Virus record (IMG/VR): IMGVR_UViG_2909288124_000001
Strand: one strand, 5' to 3'
From: a virus
Taxonomy: Duplodnaviria; Heunggongvirae; Uroviricota; Caudoviricetes
Length of the DNA stretch: 42,470 nucleotides
Part shown: positions 36,756 to 42,470 of the stretch, piece after piece
Position numbering within the stretch: position 1 is the first letter of the stretch
Layout: each line of letters starts with the position of its first letter
The notes under the pieces: generated by a model
What the model saw: only the letters and a program-made list of their open reading frames with translations
What the model was told of the DNA's origin: nothing
The model's database searches: none
Position numbers and translations under genes: made by a program

Positions 36756-36950
36756 ATGATATTTAAATGTATTCAGTGCGAGAGGGATATAACAGCCCTG
36801 CGTTTTCACAGCGCCATCGCCGTGATGTCCGGTAAGTACCACGTACCTGCAGTACGTGTCACCCTGGTCTGTCCGTACTGCAGCCAGCATTTTTCGGCGA
36901 ACGTGCCCGTCATGGAATTCTCCCGCCCTGACAGGGAGGACGCGCAATGA
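36756..36950 (+). CDS. Small Cys-rich (zinc-ribbon-like) protein
   Basis: 64 aa with CxxC...CPYC. Confidence 0.4.
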   Translation: MIFKCIQCERDITALRFHSAIAVMSGKYHVPAVRVTLVCPYCSQHFSANVPVMEFSRPDREDAQ

Positions 36951-37219
36951 TTACCCCACAGGAAGCACGACAGCGCACCCGAACCCTTGTTGAACACTAT
37001 GTCAACGAGTGTGAATGCCGCGACCTCACCGATGTGAAGCACGTCCTGACGGCGTTAATCAGCATGGCCGCTCAGGCCATTGTGGCAACCAACGGAAAGG
37101 CGGCTGCCCTGCAGGTACTGATGAACACACTCACCCACACGGCAGAGCACGAGGTGCCGTACCGGGTGGAAACCACTGCAGAAGGCGGCCTGAACATCAC
37201 CGTCGACCGGAAACACTGA
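36947..37219 (+). CDS. Hypothetical early protein
   Basis: 90 aa ORF, overlapping stop/start with neighbours. Confidence 0.4.
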   Translation: MITPQEARQRTRTLVEHYVNECECRDLTDVKHVLTALISMAAQAIVATNGKAAALQVLMNTLTHTAEHEVPYRVETTAEGGLNITVDRKH

Positions 37220-37228
37220 GGGCGCGGC

Positions 37229-37534
37229 ATGACACGGAACACCGAACTCACCCGCACCGCCCTCTACCGTCTGGCCCTGCAGCGTTTCGGTCCGGATGCA
37301 CAGGCCCTGAAACTGACAGAAGAGGCTGCTGAACTGGCGGCCAGTGCCGCCCGCAACCTGAACGGACAGGGCAGCGAAAGTGACCTCGCGGCAGAGCTGG
37401 CAGACGTGGAAATCATGACAGAGCAGCTGCGCCTTCAGGGAATGGACCGGCTGATTGACTTCCACAAACAGAAAAAACTGGAACGCCTTGCCGCACGGCT
37501 GGGCGTCATGTACACCGGAGATACTGAACAATGA
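37229..37534 (+). CDS. Small all-alpha protein, possibly MazG-like nucleotide pyrophosphohydrolase
   Basis: 101 aa with EEAAELA...ELADVEIMTEQL acidic helix pattern; weak assignment. Confidence 0.3.
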   Translation: MTRNTELTRTALYRLALQRFGPDAQALKLTEEAAELAASAARNLNGQGSESDLAAELADVEIMTEQLRLQGMDRLIDFHKQKKLERLAARLGVMYTGDTEQ

Positions 37535-38214
37535 CAGACCAGGATAAGCACATTGAGAAACTGAAAAAGTTGCTGGCGCTGGCAGCATCCGGCAACCCGC
37601 ATGAGGCTGCTCTGGCACTGCGCCGCGCCCGTAAACTGATGGATGTTCACGGCATCACACATTCCGACATCGCCATGAGTGATATTGATGAAACCATCAG
37701 TCACTACTGGCCGACAGGCAGCCTCCGTCCGCCGCGCTACATGCTGGGCCTGATGAACATCATCCGCGAGGCATTTGGTGTTAACTCCATCATTCACCCC
37801 GGCACATATCCGGGTGTGGGGTTCTACGGCAACCGGGAACGGGCCGCACTGGCCGCGTACACCTGGGAAGTGCTGGCCCGTCAGCTGAAAAAGGCGCGTC
37901 AGCAGTATATCAGTGCACAGAACAAAAGAATAAAAACCGCCACCCGCACCAGCCGTGGAGACCAGTTTGCTGAAGGCTGGGTGCTGGCCGTTATCAGTGA
38001 AATACAGTCCTTCGCCTTGACCGATGACGAACGTGAACTGATGCAGCAGTGGCTGGAACATAAATACCCGCAGACGCAAACCACCAGGGCGCGTAAACCG
38101 GGAAGAAGCCGCAATGGCGACGCCTCGCGCTATGCGGGGTTTCGTGAAGGGCAGAACGTCAGACTGCACCGCCCGGTCAGTGGGCAGGAACAACAGAAAC
38201 TGGAGGCCAGATGA
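37531..38214 (+). CDS. Hypothetical early protein
   Basis: 227 aa; conserved-looking N-terminal motif IEKLKKLLALAASGNPHEAALALRRARKLM seen in Mu-like early regions (memory-based). Confidence 0.45.
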   Translation: MTDQDKHIEKLKKLLALAASGNPHEAALALRRARKLMDVHGITHSDIAMSDIDETISHYWPTGSLRPPRYMLGLMNIIREAFGVNSIIHPGTYPGVGFYGNRERAALAAYTWEVLARQLKKARQQYISAQNKRIKTATRTSRGDQFAEGWVLAVISEIQSFALTDDERELMQQWLEHKYPQTQTTRARKPGRSRNGDASRYAGFREGQNVRLHRPVSGQEQQKLEAR

Positions 38215-38430
38215 TTACGCTATCAGGTAAAAGCCGGAAATTAAAAGCCTGCCGAATATCTGCCAGATACCTTTTTGCCCGCGCCTTTTTTAAGAACGTC
38301 AGGCCGGGGATCACAATTGGTGTTATTGCCGGACGCGAACAGGTTGAAAAATACATGTCAGGTGCATGGTGGAATAACGACCCTGTCATTGCTGCCCGTA
38401 ATATTCATATCAGTTGGGGGGATATTCAGA

Positions 38431-38646
38431 ATGACGGCTGAATCTGTTGTATGTGCCCTGTTCTGGTATTGTTTTGTCGGTTGGTGTACTGCTGAACTGC
38501 ACCGCCGTTCAGGGTTTTATTCACGTTACAGTGGTGCCGGCTACTGGATTAGCTGGTCGGTGATGTTCCTGTGCTGGCCTGTGGCGCTTCCTTTATATGT
38601 CGATTATATCGGTGGCGCAGGTAAAAGGAGCAACGATGATGACTAA
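38431..38646 (+). CDS. Small hydrophobic protein
   Basis: 71 aa from ATG at 38431; Trp/Cys-rich hydrophobic segments. Confidence 0.3.
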   Translation: MTAESVVCALFWYCFVGWCTAELHRRSGFYSRYSGAGYWISWSVMFLCWPVALPLYVDYIGGAGKRSNDDD

Positions 38647-39088
38647 ACAACGTCTTATCCAGCTCATTAATATTGCCCGTAATGAACTGGGTATGGATGA
38701 AGACACCTACCGCCAGATGTTACAGGGGCTGACCGGTAAAGCCTCAACCAAAGGAATGGATACCACACAACTAAACTGCGTGCTGGAATCCATGAAAAGG
38801 AAAGGCTTTCGCGTTAAGCCTGCCAGAAAAGCCAGCTCCGGTTTACCGCTGGATAACCATCCGCAGTCCAGGAAAATCCGTGCGCTATGGCTTGAAATGG
38901 CTGCTGCCGGCATTGTTCGTGACCGTTCAGAAAATGCATTAGCGCGGTGGATCAAGCGGGAAACGGGCATCAGCGCCCTGCGCTGGCTCAATACTGAACA
39001 GGCAAGCAGTGTTATTGAGAAACTGAAGAAGTGGCAGCACAGAGCTGCGGGAGTAAAACATGAGCGACCTGAATCAGTTTCGAAGTAA
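38636..39088 (+). CDS. gemA: GemA-like protein (Mu gp16 family)
   Basis: ATG at 38636 with AAGGAG RBS; MMTKQRLIQLINIARNELGMDEDTYRQML... resembles Mu GemA N-terminus as recalled. Confidence 0.65.
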   Translation: MMTKQRLIQLINIARNELGMDEDTYRQMLQGLTGKASTKGMDTTQLNCVLESMKRKGFRVKPARKASSGLPLDNHPQSRKIRALWLEMAAAGIVRDRSENALARWIKRETGISALRWLNTEQASSVIEKLKKWQHRAAGVKHERPESVSK

Positions 39089-39449
39089 AGGGCCGGAACT
39101 CCTGGTGGAACTGGCACAGCATACCTCTGAGACCGTTCGCGAGATTATTGATATTGAGCCCGCAATTGCCGACCAGATTGGTCAGGCCGTCGCGAACCGC
39201 ATGATGCAGGTCTGGGGCGGGCAAAACGTTTATTTCCCGATGGGCATGGTATGGAAGGTCAGTCAGCGCGACCGGGAAATCTTCAGGGAGTTTAACGGAC
39301 GTAACCACCATGAACTGGCCCGCAAATTTGGTGTTTCGCTTCAGTGGGTCTACAGCGTGGTTAAGCGGGTAAGAAAAGAAGAACTGGATCGGATGCAGGG
39401 CAAGCTATTTGCTGATGAACCCGATGTAGATACGGAGAAAAAAGAGTAA
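39060..39449 (+). CDS. mor: Mor/C-family transcriptional activator (middle/late gene activator)
   Basis: 129 aa (same length as Mu Mor); C-terminal HTH-like ...HELARKFGVSLQWVYSVVKR...; last gene of early operon. Confidence 0.75.
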   Translation: MSDLNQFRSKGPELLVELAQHTSETVREIIDIEPAIADQIGQAVANRMMQVWGGQNVYFPMGMVWKVSQRDREIFREFNGRNHHELARKFGVSLQWVYSVVKRVRKEELDRMQGKLFADEPDVDTEKKE

Positions 39450-39609
<160 letters not shown>

Positions 39610-39615
39610 CCTTCA
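39610..39615. repeat. Target-site duplication CCTTCA, right copy
   Basis: Identical to 2644..2649. Confidence 0.6.
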
Positions 39616-40256
39616 CTGGCCGCCCGAAAGAGACCGACATCGATATGTCCCGCCTTGATGGTTTTCCACAGCAGAGTCATGAAACGTGCGTCACTGATCC
39701 TGCGGCGTACAGCCTTCATCAGCAGTCGATGATGTACGGTGTCGAAGTAACTGGACAGGTCGCCTTCAATCACCCAGCGTCCCCGGGTTTCACCACAGTC
39801 TGTGAGCTGTAATTTCACCGTGCGGATCGCGTGGTGGACACTGCGCTCAGGCCGGAAGCCATATGAGAGCGTATGAAAATCACTCTCCCATATCGGCTCC
39901 ATCGCCATCAGCATGGCCCGCTGAACAATACGATCCCGCAACGCGGGGATACCCAGTGGTCGCAGTTTGCCGTTGCTTTTAGGGATGTAAACCCGTCTGG
40001 CGGGCAAGGGCTGGTAGTGGCCTGAGAGTAATTCATCCCTGAGGATTTGCAGCTCAACAGCCAGTCTGGCCTGTAGCATTGTTTTGTTCACGCCATCAAC
40101 GCCGGGGGTATGGGCCCCCTTTGATGAAAGCGTGATCCGCGCCGCTTCAGCCAGCCATTCTGGTTGTGTTATCAGACGCAGCAGCCGTTGAATCCGTAGG
40201 GACGGATCGGTGGCTGCCCATGTGGCAAGCTTGCGTTGCATTTCGCTGATTATCAA
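39616..40256 (-). pseudogene. Group II intron reverse transcriptase, N-terminal fragment (RT domains 0-3)
   Basis: ...IPKSNGKLRPLGIPALRDRIVQRAM...LSYGFRPERSVHHAI...WVIEGDLSSYFDTVHHRLLM...; last two codons (Asp-stop) come from the prophage end. Confidence 0.8.
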
Positions 40257-40912
40257 AGGTCTTCACCTCGTTAGGTCAGTTAATTCACGTCGCAAACACA
40301 TTCAAACTGCTTCCCTTCGCCATGTAATGGGCTTTCCCCATCGCGGACTACTACGGAAGCTCCGCCAGCCAGCGCGTCATCGGAGCCATGCCCCCTTAAC
40401 ATCCGTCGCTGACCTTCCCCGGTTTACCTGCCTGGACTCAGGCATACTGAGGAGGCTGCCCGTCGCACTCTTTATCCTTGCTTGCCGCAAGTTGGCAGAA
40501 GTCAGCAACGCAAGCGTGATAGACGCTGCTGCCCCGGTGTTTCGCATACATGTCAAAACACCTTCGACCGGCAGTGCTTACGTATCACTGCCAGTTCCTC
40601 CTGCACGGCCTGTCAGATCACGTAGGCCGTGGTGACGTTTTCAACCCACAGAGGCGGATTAACGGGTTCATGTTCTTCAGCCTTTCAGTACTTAACCTTG
40701 AGGATCATCTCGGCTTAGTGATCTCGCCTCAATCCCCGTTGTCAGCGGGTTACATCACCCTGCGGGCATGCCGCAGGTCACTGCCGCTCAGGTTCTCCAC
40801 CGTCACACCCGGTGGGATTGTTGGGTTTCTCATCGTGAGTTACCGGTTCAATATTCCAGACAGACTCGCGGTTCATTTAAGCATCCATGCCCGCCCTGAA
40901 CTCCGGGCACAC

Positions 40913-41341
40913 TATAGGTCACATCACCGCACCACACCTGATTTGGTTCCGTTACGGCGAACTGTCGCTCAAGATGATTCGGGATAGCAACGTGCTCATG
41001 ACCGCCACGCTTATACCGGTGAGTCGGCTGCTGGCAACTGACCAGCCCCAGCTCTTTCATGAGTCTGCCAGCAAGCCAGCGCCCCATCTGGTAGCCTCTC
41101 TGGGTTGCCATTGTGGCGATGCTTCTTGCTCCGGCAGAGCCGTGGCTGATGCCATGCAGTTCAAGTACCTGGCTGCGTAATACAGCCCGTCTGCCGTCTG
41201 GCTTTTCAGGACGGTTTTTCCAGTATTTGTAGCTGCTGCGATGGACCCCGAACACATGGCAGAGAGTGGCCACAGGATAACGCGCCCTGAGTTTCCCGAT
41301 TATCGAGAACTGTTCAGGGAGTCTGACATCAAGAGCGCGGT
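40913..41341 (-). pseudogene. IS911-like (IS3 family) fragment: 3' end of orfA and N-terminal half of orfB, truncated by IS30
   Basis: ...[35 protein letters not shown]...QVWCGDVTY then intron; upstream boundary is the IS30-like terminal repeat at 41342. Confidence 0.7.
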
Positions 41342-42139
41342 TGTAGATTCAATCTGTCAATGCAACACCCCTTTCAATTATCTCTTTCGGTGTTTTGAAC
41401 TTCAGTGTCTTTCTCGGTCTGTTGTTTAGCTGAGCAGCAACCAGATCTAGTTCATGTTGAGTATATTGGGCAAGACATGTCTTTTTAGGAAAGTACTGCC
41501 GAATTAGCCCATTTGTGTTCTCATTTGTTCCCCGCTGCCAAGGACTCTGAGGATCGCAGAAGTAAACTTTAACGCCGGTGCTGACAGTAAATTCTAGATG
41601 TCTGGCCAGTTCCATTCCTCTGTCCCATGTCAGTGATTTTCTGAGTTCTGACGGTAAACTCAGGAATTTGTCGGTAAGAGCCTGATTTACTGAGACAGAA
41701 TCTTTGCCCCTGAGTCTAAGGATGATCGTATAACGTGATTTTCGGTCTACAAGTGTGGCTATATGAGAGTTTTTTGTACCTGAGACTAAATCGCCCTCCC
41801 AATGCCCCAGAGAGCGTCTGTTATCGATATTTCGGGAACGTTCGTGAATTGGTGTTCCGTTCACTATGTTAATCGTACCTCTTTCGCCTTTGCGGGTATG
41901 ACGCCTGCCATGGCGAAGGCTATGCGACCGTCGCAGATGCTGTATATTCAGGTGGTGTAGCGCTTCACGGCTACGAAAGTACAGCGTTTTATAAATTGTC
42001 TCAGGTGATATTCGCAGCGTTTTTTGACGTGGTTTTGTTCGCCTTAACCATCCTGATATTTGCTCTGGAGACCATTTCATCTCCAGCTTTTCCAGAACAA
42101 GCTTTCGCAATGGTAAATTTTGATCCAGTAAGCACGGTT
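41342..42139 (-). mobile_element. IS30-like element, truncated by IS1 insertion
   Basis: Terminal sequence TGTAGATTCAATCTGTCAATGCAACA at 41342; transposase ORF lacks N-terminal part; IS1 left end begins at 42140. Confidence 0.7.
41349..42139 (-). pseudogene. IS30-family transposase, N-terminally truncated
   Basis: ...HWEGDLVSGTKNSHIATLVDRKSRYT...FCDPQSPWQRGTNENTNGLIRQYFPK... matches IS30 transposase as recalled. Confidence 0.8.
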
Positions 42140-42470
42140 GGTGATGCTGCCAACTTACTGATTTAGTGTATGATGGTGTTTTTGAGGTGCTCCAGTGGCT
42201 TCTGTTTCTATCAGCTGTCCCTCCTGTTCAGCTACTGACGGGGTGGTGCGTAACGGCAAAAGCACTGCCGGACATCAGCGCTATCTCTGCTCTCACTGCC
42301 GTAAAACATGGCAACTGCAGTTCACTTACACCGCTTCTCAACCCGGTACGCACCAGAAAATCATTGATATGGCCATGAATGGCGTTGGATGCCGGGCAAC
42401 CGCCCGCATTATGGGCGTTGGCCTCAACACGATTTTCCGCCATTTAAAAAACTCAGGCCGCAGTCGGTAA
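42140..42470 (+). mobile_element. IS1, left part (continues beyond window)
   Basis: IS1 left end GGTGATGCTGCCAACTTACTGATTTAGTGTATGATGGTG at 42140 followed by insA. Confidence 0.85.
42195..42470 (+). CDS. insA: IS1 InsA
   Basis: 91 aa [43 protein letters not shown]... ending at the last base of the window. Confidence 0.9.
   Translation: MASVSISCPSCSATDGVVRNGKSTAGHQRYLCSHCRKTWQLQFTYTASQPGTHQKIIDMAMNGVGCRATARIMGVGLNTIFRHLKNSGRSR

Larger units (their letters stand above)
39610..40912 (-). other. Group II intron, 5' segment (domains I-III and N-terminal part of IEP)
   Basis: Starts with GUGUG immediately after IS911 exon sequence ...GTGACCTATA at 40912/40913; about 650 nt of non-coding 5' structure then RT domains 0-3. 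Confidence 0.75.

Noticed and set aside
37055-38193. Two overlapping minus-strand ORFs (187 and 252 aa) across the early accessory genes
   Set aside because: Antisense to a series of compact plus-strand genes with start/stop coupling; Cys/Gly/Arg-rich non-coding-like translations.
40210-40987. Plus-strand ORFs (141 and 145 aa) in the 5' part of the group II intron
   Set aside because: Region is non-coding intron RNA (domains I-III) on the minus strand; ORFs are incidental.

Overview
This window is an accessory region dominated by one complete, roughly 37 kb Mu-like transposable prophage (about 2650..39609) sitting inside a nest of insertion elements; all calls rest on reading the six-frame ORF track and the DNA by eye, with no database search run. 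The prophage is inserted into a group II intron, which itself interrupts an IS911-like (IS3 family) element; the two intron halves (1677..2649 and 39610..40912) rejoin in frame across a 6-bp direct repeat CCTTCA. The IS911-like element is further cut by an IS30-like copy, which is truncated by IS1, and an IS256-family transposase gene abuts the left side, suggesting an E. coli/Shigella-type host. Inside the prophage, late genes run on the minus strand from a lysis cassette (27637) through terminase, portal, head, sheath, tube, frameshifted chaperone, tape measure and P2-like baseplate to a tail fiber and a Gin-like invertase with a multi-cassette fiber switch. Early genes run on the plus strand (Ner-like, DDE transposase, AAA+ B-like ATPase, Gam, GemA-like, Mor-like). 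Between the two operons, directly downstream of the repressor, lies an AT-rich two-gene cassette (an NdpA/YejK-like protein plus a membrane protein) that I consider the best candidate for an undescribed prophage-encoded defence or exclusion module, next to a Dam-family methyltransferase.
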